Shown: one piece after another, positions 1 through 8,811 of the stretch
Numbering within the stretch: position 1 is the stretch's first letter
Layout: each line of letters begins with the position of its first letter
Source of the DNA: a virus
IMG/VR virus record: IMGVR_UViG_3300044811_000054
Location: 1 to 64,000 of that record
Direction: 5' to 3' (one strand)
DNA length: 64,000 nucleotides
Made by a program: the position numbers and the translations under genes
The notes under the pieces: model-generated
What the model saw: only the letters and a program-made list of their open reading frames with translations
The model's database searches: none
What the model was told of the DNA's origin: nothing

Positions 1-818
1 ACGTATCCGCTGCACTCGAACAGGTTCGCGGCGACCGTGCCGCCAGAGCTGAGTCTGCCGGACTGCCCGGCTATGTCGAGGGCGCCCGCAGTCCCGTCGG
101 CGGCACCACACGAGTTGGAGAACGTATTATCGCGCACCACCAGCCCGTTGGTGTCCGTGCGCATCCACACCGCTCGCCGCAGCCGTGCGAAGTAACTGTC
201 CCGGATGACGGTGCCGTAGCCCTGGAATTCAGAGGTCGCCAGGTTGCCGACGGTGATGTCGGTCGAGCCCATGACGATGCCGTCCTGGTCGCACGTGGCC
301 CGGATCTTGCTCGGGTTGCCGTACCAGGACGTCCGCTCGATCAACAGGGTGGTGTTCGTGGTCTGCAGGAACGGTGTCGTCGACGTGCCCAGGTCGGTGA
401 TCGTCAGATCCCGGAACGCCAGCAGACCGGACCCGAGGGTGACGATCTTAGCGACCGTGCCGGAGTAGCGCAGATCGAGTACCGAACAGCCTGGGTTGAC
501 GCCGGCCGACTCCCACTGGCCGTCCCACCGGGAGCCCGCACCGACGAACGCGATTGGCACCTGCCGGAAGACAGGCGTGTGCCCGTCGTTGGGTAGGTTG
601 ATCTGCGAATCGCAGCGGGTGGTACCGGCCGGTAGATAGATGCTCCCGCCGCCACCTGCGACGGCTGCCGCGAGCGCGGCGAGGACCGCTGCCGCGCTGT
701 CTGCGGCGCCAGTCGAATCGACGGTGCCGTAGTCACGGACGTCGTACAGCCCGCCGTGGGCCGGCTTGGCCACGTCGAGCACCCCGACGCGGCTGTTCCT
801 GCGGCTGGCCCTACTCAC
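1..818 (-). CDS. Pectate-lyase-like right-handed beta-helix protein (spike/depolymerase-like), runs off the window edge
   Basis: Not in the ORF track; own translation from GTG 818 (GTGA overlap): ...LYDVRDYGTVDSTGAADSAAAVLAALAAAVAGGGGSIYLPAGT..., the typical Pectate_lyase_3 N-terminal pattern. Confidence 0.75.
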   Translation of the reverse strand, partial: MSRASRRNSRVGVLDVAKPAHGGLYDVRDYGTVDSTGAADSAAAVLAALAAAVAGGGGSIYLPAGTTRCDSQINLPNDGHTPVFRQVPIAFVGAGSRWDGQWESAGVNPGCSVLDLRYSGTVAKIVTLGSGLLAFRDLTITDLGTSTTPFLQTTNTTLLIERTSWYGNPSKIRATCDQDGIVMGSTDITVGNLATSEFQGYGTVIRDSYFARLRRAVWMRTDTNGLVVRDNTFSNSCGAADGTAGALDIAGQSGRLSSGGTVAANLFECSGY

Positions 819-1177
819 GACGACACCGCCCCGGTGAGCAGGTAGTTCACGGCCGCACCCGTCGACGCGATGACGGAGATGAAGGCACCGGCGTCGAGCA
901 TCGACCCTTCGACCTCGGTCAGTTTGGTCGAGTCGTTGGCGGCCAGGGAGTAGCTGGAGACGACCTTGTGGGTGCCGTCGACGGTGCCGCCACTGGGTAC
1001 GACCGAGACGGACACGGTGACCGTCGAGCCGGTGACGTTGGCGAGCACCGCCGTGGCGACCTTGACCGCCGAGGATGCGGGCACCGTGTAGACGGTGGTG
1101 TCGCTGGTCCCGGCCAGTTGCCCGGAGGCGAGGATCTTGCCCAGCAGGTTGAGGCCCTGCTTGAAGTCGGCCGACAT
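815..1177 (-). CDS. Putative virion structural protein (beta-rich, YTVPAS motif)
   Basis: 120 aa, coupled to both neighbours, lies in the structural operon. Confidence 0.6.
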   Translation of the reverse strand: MSADFKQGLNLLGKILASGQLAGTSDTTVYTVPASSAVKVATAVLANVTGSTVTVSVSVVPSGGTVDGTHKVVSSYSLAANDSTKLTEVEGSMLDAGAFISVIASTGAAVNYLLTGAVSS

Positions 1178-1794
1178 CAGATTCCTCCGAGAGCGATGGC
1201 GAGTCCGGCGGCGGCGCCGATCCCAGCGGCGATGGCTGCGGCCTGCGCGGCGTTCGCCTTGGTGGTCGCATCGGCGGCGGCTGCACTGATGGCTGCACTC
1301 TGGGCCGTGTTGGCCTTGGTGGTCGCGTCCGACGAGGCCGCACTGGTCGCGGACGCCTGCGCCGTGTTGGCCTTCGTGGTGGCGTCTGCGGCTGCGGTGG
1401 CCACGGACGCGGTGTCCCCCGCGATCCGCGCCGCAGTCTCCGCTGAGAGGTTTGTGGAGCCGCCCGCGACTGCGGCTTCGAGTGTGTCGAGGCGGTCGTC
1501 GGTGCGTGCGTACAACGGGACGACGGGTCCGCCGAGGACCCGGGTGTAGACGACGTCTACACCGTTCGGGTATTTGAACAGCGGCACCTGGAAGAAGGCG
1601 TTGACCATCACCTCAGGTGCGGGAGAACCCGCGATGACGCTGTCGGTGGTGGACAGGACGTCCGCCGGGACGCTGGCCTGGTCGTCGGCGTACAACGGGA
1701 CTGCGGTCCCGGGCGGAATGAACGTCCCCGCCCTGGTACCGGTGGTAAGCACCAACATCCGCACGGAGTCGTCGGGGCCGATCAGACGTGCCAT
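1177..1794 (-). CDS. Putative fibre protein with Ala/Thr-rich 19-aa tandem repeats
   Basis: Likely start MARLIGPDD (ATG 1794, GGAG upstream); three ATTKAN(T/A)AQ repeats; ends AGLAIALGGI. Confidence 0.65.
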   Translation of the reverse strand: MARLIGPDDSVRMLVLTTGTRAGTFIPPGTAVPLYADDQASVPADVLSTTDSVIAGSPAPEVMVNAFFQVPLFKYPNGVDVVYTRVLGGPVVPLYARTDDRLDTLEAAVAGGSTNLSAETAARIAGDTASVATAAADATTKANTAQASATSAASSDATTKANTAQSAAISAAAADATTKANAAQAAAIAAGIGAAAGLAIALGGI

Positions 1795-1888
1795 GAACGG
1801 ACTCCTCGGAGACGCAGGCGGGAGGGTTACTTGCGAACGCGGGCAGGGGCACATGCCACCCGCAGCCGGCGGTGGACACTCAGTGACG

Positions 1889-3100
1889 TCAGAAGTACGT
1901 GATGATGAGCGCCCGACCAGGCGCGCCGTCGCCGCCCGCGCCCGAGTTGCCAGTCCCGTTCCTGGATGCCCCGCCGCCGCCCGCCCCTGCGCCATACAGT
2001 GCCGCAGCGGCGCCAGCCTGCGCATTGGTCGTGACCGAGGCCGCGCCCGAGCCGGCGCCGGGGCCGGGAGTCCCGGCGACTGTCGCTGCGGTTCCGCTGG
2101 TCGGTGGGGTGGTGTCCACAACTCCGCCTGCCCCGCCGCCGACTATGGCGCCGTAGTGGGTGCCTCCGCCGGACGCACCGTTGCCGGCCACGTTCGCGGA
2201 GGTAATGCCGCCGCCGGCCGCCCCTGCACCAGCACTGAAGATTCCAGAGTTGGTACCCGTTCCGGCACCCCCGGTGACACTGGCGCTAGCTCCGGCACCC
2301 ACCGTCCCAGCTGCGCCGAGCACTCCCGACCCGCCGGCTCCGGTACTCGCCGTGCCGCCCGAGCCTCCGCCACCGTTGAACGCAGCACAAAAGGACCCGA
2401 ACGTGGTTCGAGTCCCAGCCGCACCCGCGTTGCCGTCAGTGCTGTCTGCGGTGACGGCAACGCCACCTGCCCCGCCGGCCCCGACTGTGACCGCGACTGT
2501 GGCCGACAGGTCCGCTGCGGAAAACTCTCTGATCTGCACACCCCCAGCCCCGCCGCCGCCGCCGCCGCAGCGGACAGTGCCGTCCGCGCCCTTGCGCCCC
2601 GATCCGGCTCCTCCGCCGCCGCCGACAAGGGTCACACTGACCGCTTTAGCGCCAGATGGCTTGGTCCAGGTCCCCGAGGCGGTGAAGGTCTGGATGTCAG
2701 CCCTCAGCGCATATCGTCCGTCGAGCGACGTCAGCGACTTGTTCCCCGCCGTCAAATTCCACTGCCCTGACCCGGACGACACCAGCTCCCACGACTCGTT
2801 GTCGAGGGTGATGTCCGCCGTGATGGCGGCAGCGCCGATGGTGTCCGACCCGGCCCGCACGACGGTGACCGGGTTGGTGCCCGCGACCCGTTTGATCACC
2901 AGCGACTGCCCGGCGACGGACGCTGCGGGCAGGGTGGCGGTGACAGTCCCGGCGGTGGTGTCGACCAGGTAGACGTTGCCGGGGGCAGCGGTGAAGCTGG
3001 TCGTCTTGCTGGAACTCGCGTACTTGTCGACCTTGGTGGCGTCCGGGCCGGAAGACCCGCCACCGGCAGCGACTGCGTAGCCGTAGTTGACCGGGCTCAC
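1889..3100 (-). CDS. Glycine-rich fibre/minor structural protein
   Basis: QTFTASGTWTKPSGAKAVSVTLVGGGGGAG is the typical phage glycine-rich domain. Confidence 0.75.
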   Translation of the reverse strand: MSPVNYGYAVAAGGGSSGPDATKVDKYASSSKTTSFTAAPGNVYLVDTTAGTVTATLPAASVAGQSLVIKRVAGTNPVTVVRAGSDTIGAAAITADITLDNESWELVSSGSGQWNLTAGNKSLTSLDGRYALRADIQTFTASGTWTKPSGAKAVSVTLVGGGGGAGSGRKGADGTVRCGGGGGGAGGVQIREFSAADLSATVAVTVGAGGAGGVAVTADSTDGNAGAAGTRTTFGSFCAAFNGGGGSGGTASTGAGGSGVLGAAGTVGAGASASVTGGAGTGTNSGIFSAGAGAAGGGITSANVAGNGASGGGTHYGAIVGGGAGGVVDTTPPTSGTAATVAGTPGPGAGSGAASVTTNAQAGAAAALYGAGAGGGGASRNGTGNSGAGGDGAPGRALIITYF

Positions 3101-3378
3101 AGGCCATACACCGCCACAGTCGGAGTGCCCGACGAGCGCAGGTGCACCACCGAGGCGGCCCCGGCCGTACCGTCGATGACGGTCTTGCTGAGCAGGGTCG
3201 TGGTCAGCGCATGGTTGCCGTCGGTCAGCGTCGACGAGGCGATCGCCGTGCCGGTGGCGTTGAACTGGGTGGTCGCCCCGTTGGCGATGAGCGACACTTC
3301 GACCGCCCCGTAGTTGGCGTCCAACGTGACGGGGGTGTCGGTGTCGGCGACCAGCGTCACGTACCTCGGGTTCGCCAT
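3097..3378 (-). CDS. Hypothetical structural protein
   Basis: 93 aa, GTGA-coupled to the downstream gene. Confidence 0.6.
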   Translation of the reverse strand: MANPRYVTLVADTDTPVTLDANYGAVEVSLIANGATTQFNATGTAIASSTLTDGNHALTTTLLSKTVIDGTAGAASVVHLRSSGTPTVAVYGL

Positions 3379-3379
3379 C

Positions 3380-3529
3380 TCAGCCCCCGATCGCGGTGAT
3401 GGGCGCCCACATGAGCGCGAGGGCCAGGAGTCCGAGGCCGAGCCAACCGGGCTGGAACCGGGGTGCGGCTACGCCCAGCCCGGCGAGGATCAGGAGGATG
3501 ACGCCCAGAAGGGCGAGGACGCCGGGCAT
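3380..3529 (-). CDS. Small two-TM membrane protein (49 aa)
   Basis: Own translation: MPGVLALLGVILLILAGLGVAAPRFQPGWLGLGLLALALMWAPITAIGG; GGAG RBS; below the ORF-track cutoff. Confidence 0.65.
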   Translation of the reverse strand: MPGVLALLGVILLILAGLGVAAPRFQPGWLGLGLLALALMWAPITAIGG

Positions 3530-3627
3530 GAGGGTGCTCCTCGGGCGCTAGGGAAGGTGCCGCCCGAAGCGGCGAAAGGGTGGAGCGGGGCCGGCCGCCC
3601 ACGTCCGAACAGCCGGTCCCGCGTCTA

Positions 3628-4110
3628 CTACTTGGCCAGGCCGACCAGGTCGGCCTTGTCCTGCTTGATCAGCTCGGCGTAGTCGTAGCCGTTGGCGGCC
3701 AGGTATTCGACCCAGACCTCCTTGGCGGCGTTGCCGTGCGGGGCCGAACCGTCGGCGGGCAGCTTCGCCTTCGCCGCGGCACGTCTGTCCGCCACCTCGG
3801 CGTCGGCCTTGGCCTTCTCGGCAGACTCCGCGTCGGCCTTACGCTGCTCCTCGGACTTCTCCACCGGCGTGGTGGTGACGGCCACCGGAACGTCGGCGTC
3901 GTAGGCGCCCGCCGGGATTCCGGCAGCATCCACGCCGCCGGTCTCGTCGCCGCCGACCTTCGCCACATAGCCGAGGTCCAGCAGCCGTGCGAGCTCCGGG
4001 GCGTCCGCCGGGACGATCGCGCCCTTGAGCAGTAGCACCAGCATCCGGCCCGACGCGGTCGCCATGGTGACGTGGGCGCACTCGGCGACCACCTGATACT
4101 GCGCGGCCAT
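3628..4110 (-). CDS. Capsid-adjacent hypothetical protein with a small C-terminal helical domain
   Basis: Start MAAQYQVV overlaps the capsid stop; C-terminus APHGNAAKEVWVEYL...KADLV is typical of actinophage post-capsid genes. Confidence 0.7.
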   Translation of the reverse strand: MAAQYQVVAECAHVTMATASGRMLVLLLKGAIVPADAPELARLLDLGYVAKVGGDETGGVDAAGIPAGAYDADVPVAVTTTPVEKSEEQRKADAESAEKAKADAEVADRRAAAKAKLPADGSAPHGNAAKEVWVEYLAANGYDYAELIKQDKADLVGLAK

Positions 4111-5045
4111 CAGCCCAGCGCCCCAGTACCGGTGATCTTCACCGCTGCCGCCGGCTCCAGCACGACCGGGACGGTGATGCGGCGGGCCCAGATGTCCCAC
4201 GAGTCGCGCTTCGCGACCCGCTCGTTCTGGTACTGCAGGTTGTTGTCCATCGTCGCGTAGCCCGGGTCGACCTCGACCTCGTCCGCCATCCCGCCCAGGG
4301 CGTCACGGTCGAACACCCACACATCGTCCGACGGCAGGTTCGACGCGGCAGTCGCGATGATCTGGTACTTGCCCAGCGTCTCGATCTCCCCGCCGTAGAT
4401 CGGGTTGGTCGAGTCCTCCCGCTTGCGCAGGGCGGCGATGGCCGGGTCGGTGACGAGCATCGCGTACTTCGTCGTCGACATAAGGACCGTGTTGGGGAGG
4501 TAGCCCATGTTCCGGTCGACGATGTACGCGCCGCCGAGCTCCACGTCGCGGAACAGCATCGGGGTGGCCGCGTTCCACGCCGCCGTCGCCGCGACCGTGT
4601 TCGTGACGGCGGATCCGACCGCCGCCGTGGTCAGCTTGTCGACCTTCTGGATGACCGTGTTCGCGACCTTACGCAGGGTCCGGTTCAGTTCGTCACCCAT
4701 GTACACCGAACGCTTCAGCTTCTCGTCGGTGAGCTGCACCGCCTGGCCCCATTTGGAGACCTTGGCCAGCGCGGCGGTGCCGTCCGCGGGGGTGTCCCGC
4801 GGGTATTCGGCGCCCGCCGCGACGGACTCGATGGCCCGCGCGTTGACGATCGGCTCGGACGTCTCGTAGGCGACCGCTCCGCCCGCCGAACGCAGCCTCT
4901 GGGTGAGGATCCGGTCGGCGACGAACCGCAGTTCGGCGATGGTGCGCAGGCGCCGCTGCAGGTAGGTGGGGTTCTGTAGGAGGCGGTGGATGGTGAGCAG
5001 GTCACCGGACAGCGTGGGTCCGGAGGGGGGATATGCGCCCGGCAT
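4110..5045 (-). CDS. Major capsid protein
   Basis: 311 aa, follows protease and decorator; actinophage MCP-like sequence (VAAGAEYP, KWGQAVQLTDE, RRITVPVVLEPAAAVKITG). Confidence 0.85.
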   Translation of the reverse strand: MPGAYPPSGPTLSGDLLTIHRLLQNPTYLQRRLRTIAELRFVADRILTQRLRSAGGAVAYETSEPIVNARAIESVAAGAEYPRDTPADGTAALAKVSKWGQAVQLTDEKLKRSVYMGDELNRTLRKVANTVIQKVDKLTTAAVGSAVTNTVAATAAWNAATPMLFRDVELGGAYIVDRNMGYLPNTVLMSTTKYAMLVTDPAIAALRKREDSTNPIYGGEIETLGKYQIIATAASNLPSDDVWVFDRDALGGMADEVEVDPGYATMDNNLQYQNERVAKRDSWDIWARRITVPVVLEPAAAVKITGTGALG

Positions 5046-5081
5046 TCGGGGTCACCTTTCGAAGAGCCCGTTAGCCGGGCA

Positions 5082-5120
5082 GCAAAAAGGCCCCGGCACG
5101 CGCAGTGCGTGGGGGCCTTG
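5082..5120 (-). terminator. Intrinsic terminator-like hairpin between decorator and capsid genes
   Basis: Minus strand AAGGCCCC...GGGGCCTTTTTG. Confidence 0.6.
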
Positions 5121-5176
5121 GGGCTTTGGTGCTTGATGCGGGTCTGAAGTCGTCCGGTCAGCTCAGCTGACAGAAC

Positions 5177-5536
5177 TCAGAACTCCATCCACTCGCACGG
5201 GCCGGTGTCGATGGCCGTGGTGAGGGCGACGCCGATGTTGGTCAGCGCGTTTGCCGACGTCACGACAGTTCCGGCGGCACCCGCATCCACCCGGGCGGCG
5301 GCGGTGATCGCACCTGACGCGGTCGTCACGTGGATCTTCCCGCGCGGGAAGTACGACACCCGGTCGGTGTTGACCGCGTCGAACGCGGCCACCCCGATCA
5401 CGGCCGCGCCGGACGCGCCGGCCGGGCCGACCGTGCCGTTGCCGGACACGATGAGGACCTGACCGGCGGTGATGGTCGCCGACGCGGTGCCGGTGACGAC
5501 ATCGGAGTAGAGGAACTTCGGTTCGTACGCAGCCAT
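5177..5536 (-). CDS. Capsid decoration/cement protein (DUF2190-like)
   Basis: Start MAAYEPKF; TASATITAGQV...IGVAAFDA...ASGAITAA...IGVALT pattern; lies between protease and MCP. Confidence 0.75.
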   Translation of the reverse strand: MAAYEPKFLYSDVVTGTASATITAGQVLIVSGNGTVGPAGASGAAVIGVAAFDAVNTDRVSYFPRGKIHVTTASGAITAAARVDAGAAGTVVTSANALTNIGVALTTAIDTGPCEWMEF

Positions 5537-5538
5537 AA

Positions 5539-7755
5539 TCAGGCCACCTTTCCGGTGGGGCTGTCGATGCGGGAGATCAGCGCCTCGAACTCGTCGTCGA
5601 CGGCGGGCTCCGGCGACCCGGCGATGCCGGACGCGAGGACGGGCACGGCGGCACCGACGGCGATGGAGGCGAGGACACGGGTGACGGCGGCGGGGGCTTC
5701 GTCGTAGTCCTTCTCCCACTGCTCACGGTCGGCGGGCTTGATCTGCCCGTTCTTGACCGCCGCGTCGAACACGGACGCCTTGACGATGGCGAGCTCCTGC
5801 GCCTTCGTCGCGGCGAGTTCGGCGGTGACCTGCTCCATGCGGGACGCGAGGACCTGGACCTCCTTGCGGAGCTCACCCTTCTCGGCCTCGGTCGCAGCGG
5901 AGGCGGCGACCATCTCGGGGGTGGGCTCGGCGGGAGCCTCGGCCTTCGCCTTCAACGCGTCGATCGCGGCCGTGACGGCCGCCTCGTCCGCGGTGTCGTC
6001 GAGGCCGAGCCGCGAGCGGAATGCGCTCAGATCGGTGGACACGAGGTCCTCCTTCGGATCGGTGATTTCTGGCTCCGGCTCGGCGGCCGGGAGAACGGGG
6101 GCCGAAGAATCGGCCGGCGGGGGCGACTCGGGGGCCGCCTCGGTGGTGCCTGCGGGACGCGACTCCGCGGCCGACGCGAACACCAGCACCTGGTCGGCGG
6201 CCGGGTCGTAAGGCTGCGGGTCACCGAAGGACACCTGATCGCCGTCGAACGTGACCGGGTACAGCTGGTAGGTGCGGTTCGCGGCGTCGGTGTCGTCGAC
6301 GACCACGGCGGCATCGACCCGAGCTTCCTGCACCCACTGCGAGTGCGGGGCACCGGAGGTGTTCCAGGCGGCACGGATCCGCTCGGCTCGAGACGGCATC
6401 GGTGGGGCTCCGTTTCCGGCGCCGGCCTTGACGCCCTTGTTTGCCTTCGAGCCCGGCCACATCCCGTACCGCTCGTGGAACCACTGCGCGGCCATCCGCT
6501 TGGCCTTGTCCGGCGCGACGAACTTGCGGATGTGGTTGTAAAGCTCTGTCCAGGTCTTCCACTTGGTGGCTCCGTCGCCGACCAGCCAGTACTTCTTCAG
6601 GCTGTTCTGGTCTGCGGCTGCGGCGACCATGCCCGGGTCTGCCGCCCAACCGGGGGCCCAGTCGGCGGGCGTCTCGTCCGCGACCTGACCGGCGTAGTCG
6701 ATCAGCGGGATGTCGATGTTCACGCCGGCGAACGCGATCCGTACCCGGTCGAACGTGACCGGCCCGGTGCGGTCGACGAGTGCTGCCGCTCGGGTCAGGT
6801 CGGCGGTGTAGATCAGCGTGGTGTGCGCCACCCAGGGCTGGTGCTGTGGTGGCAGGTCGATGCCTTGCAGCTCGTCGCACACCATCTCGTGGACCGCGTC
6901 CAACTCGTCACCGGACAGGCCCAGGACGATGCACGTGTCTTGGCCCGGATCGCCGTCGTCGTCGCTGTGCGGCGGATTGAAGATCGCGACGCTGAAGCCT
7001 GAGGCTTCCACCACGGGAGTGCCGTTGACCGCCGTGGAGACGGCGTCGATGATGTCCTGCCGCGCGGCGGGGTCGAGGGCGGCGGCCTCACCCAGATAGG
7101 CGAGGGTGACGTGCAGTTGTTCGGCCGGCTCGCCACCCGGGACTGCCAGGCGCTGCGCATCATCGACGGTGGGGATCAGGGCGACCATTGCGCCGGCGTG
7201 GGCTTCGTCGTCCTCGTCGCTGTCGTCTGCGGCAGCCCGGATGGTGACCTGCACGTGTTCAGCCCCTTCCGGAACCTCTTGGGAGGCGGCGACGCCGAGC
7301 ATGTCGGGGAGGTCTTGCAGCGACCTCAGGGTCGAGACACCGGGTGGGGTGACGCCGAGCAGCGCCACAGCGGTGATGACGAACGGGTGGGTATGTCCCA
7401 GGCCGCATTTGTGTCGGTAGTTTCCTTCGACACTGCGGTCGGGGTAGGCGGCAGCCTGGACGCCGTCGAGCCAGGGAAGTGTTACTTGGTCGGCGACGAG
7501 GGTGTGACCGCCGTCGGCCGCGCGGAGGTTCTCGAACCAGCCCATGGCGGGTTGGCCGTCGAACCGGGGGTCGATGTGGCCGAGTTTGATTTGGGGATTC
7601 CTGATGGCCGGACATGACTGCGCTTCGACCGCGGCGAGGATGTCCGCCCGGGTGGGGGTCCAAGAGCCGCTCGAGATCGCCCAGCTTCCCGTTCTAATCA
7701 ATTCAACCGAATTGCGCCTCGCAAGGGTGGAAGCCACCTTCTCGGTTGGTATCAC
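5539..7755 (-). CDS. Capsid maturation protease/scaffold (Mu I-like) with inserted 2H-phosphoesterase domain
   Basis: N-terminal VELIRTGSW...IKLGH...YPDRSVE...AVALLG; middle LHVTLAYLG and AHTTLIY (two HxT motifs); C-terminal coiled scaffold DAAVKNGQIKPA. Confidence 0.85.
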   Translation of the reverse strand: MIPTEKVASTLARRNSVELIRTGSWAISSGSWTPTRADILAAVEAQSCPAIRNPQIKLGHIDPRFDGQPAMGWFENLRAADGGHTLVADQVTLPWLDGVQAAAYPDRSVEGNYRHKCGLGHTHPFVITAVALLGVTPPGVSTLRSLQDLPDMLGVAASQEVPEGAEHVQVTIRAAADDSDEDDEAHAGAMVALIPTVDDAQRLAVPGGEPAEQLHVTLAYLGEAAALDPAARQDIIDAVSTAVNGTPVVEASGFSVAIFNPPHSDDDGDPGQDTCIVLGLSGDELDAVHEMVCDELQGIDLPPQHQPWVAHTTLIYTADLTRAAALVDRTGPVTFDRVRIAFAGVNIDIPLIDYAGQVADETPADWAPGWAADPGMVAAAADQNSLKKYWLVGDGATKWKTWTELYNHIRKFVAPDKAKRMAAQWFHERYGMWPGSKANKGVKAGAGNGAPPMPSRAERIRAAWNTSGAPHSQWVQEARVDAAVVVDDTDAANRTYQLYPVTFDGDQVSFGDPQPYDPAADQVLVFASAAESRPAGTTEAAPESPPPADSSAPVLPAAEPEPEITDPKEDLVSTDLSAFRSRLGLDDTADEAAVTAAIDALKAKAEAPAEPTPEMVAASAATEAEKGELRKEVQVLASRMEQVTAELAATKAQELAIVKASVFDAAVKNGQIKPADREQWEKDYDEAPAAVTRVLASIAVGAAVPVLASGIAGSPEPAVDDEFEALISRIDSPTGKVA

Positions 7756-7782
7756 AAGCGCCTACCTTGATAAGATACATTC

Positions 7783-8811
7783 ATGACGCATCACCCCGAT
7801 AGGCGTCCCACTAGGACGGCTAGATCGCTCAACGCCGGAAACGTCGAGTTCTTCATGGAGTTCGTGGACAAGAACGGCCCTATGGGCTGCTGGCTATGGC
7901 TTGGAGGCAAGAACGAATCCGGCTACGGGTCACTGAACTGGAAAGGGAAGCAGAGTCAGCGGGCGCACCGAATTTCATATCAGATCCACGTGGGACCGCT
8001 CCTGGCGGACGACGTTCTCCGCCACTCCTGCGACAACCCGCCGTGCGTGAATCCGGCACACCTCCAGCCCGGAACGCACGCCGACAACATGCATGACAAG
8101 ATTCGTCGTGGTCGGGCGTGGAATGGCCCCCTGCCACGCGGCGAACGCAGCCATCAGGCGAAGCTCACCGAGGATTCGGTCCGTCAAATCCGGATGTTGT
8201 CAGCAGCGGGTGTCAGCCGTATCGATCTTGCCAACACCTACGGCGTCAGCAGGGCAACCATTCGGAACGTTCTGAATGGAAAGACGTGGGCATGGCTCGA
8301 CACTGAGGCGATGAAGGACCCCGAGTTCCAAAAGTCCGCAGATCCCGCGTTAAGGAAACGTCCAGCAGGAACTCCAGTCAAGACACGTGAGGTAGGAACC
8401 TGCTCGATCTCTGACTGCGACGAAACGCATTACGGTAGAGGGTGGTGCGCCAAGCACTACGCTCGTTGGCAAAACCACGGAGATCCGCTTGCCTTCATTC
8501 GGGCGTTTGAAGATCGGACGAAGAACCGCAAGTGCGAAGTTGACGGATGCGAGACGCAGCATCACTCCAAGGGGTACTGCATCAAGCACTTGCGGCGTTT
8601 CGATACGCACGGAGATCCGGCAAAAGTGATATCACCGAATGCCCGCAGACCGCGCCTGATCGAGAAGACGGTCTGTAAGATCAGGGCCAGCGACGAAGGC
8701 GCCGCTGATATCGCGGCACGATTCGGTATCCTCGAGTCACTGGTGGATGACATTAGAGCGGGAAGATCTTACACGCGATGGTCCCATCTGTCGGCTACCA
8801 AAGCGGCATAA
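7783..8811 (+). CDS. Free-standing HNH homing endonuclease (HNH, HTH, two Zn-finger repeats, HTH)
   Basis: CWLWLG...RAHRISY...RHSCDNPPCVNPAHL...DNMHD; CxxxxC...CxxHY/L repeats; opposite strand; TAAGAT 6 nt before the ATG. Confidence 0.9.
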   Translation: MTHHPDRRPTRTARSLNAGNVEFFMEFVDKNGPMGCWLWLGGKNESGYGSLNWKGKQSQRAHRISYQIHVGPLLADDVLRHSCDNPPCVNPAHLQPGTHADNMHDKIRRGRAWNGPLPRGERSHQAKLTEDSVRQIRMLSAAGVSRIDLANTYGVSRATIRNVLNGKTWAWLDTEAMKDPEFQKSADPALRKRPAGTPVKTREVGTCSISDCDETHYGRGWCAKHYARWQNHGDPLAFIRAFEDRTKNRKCEVDGCETQHHSKGYCIKHLRRFDTHGDPAKVISPNARRPRLIEKTVCKIRASDEGAADIAARFGILESLVDDIRAGRSYTRWSHLSATKAA

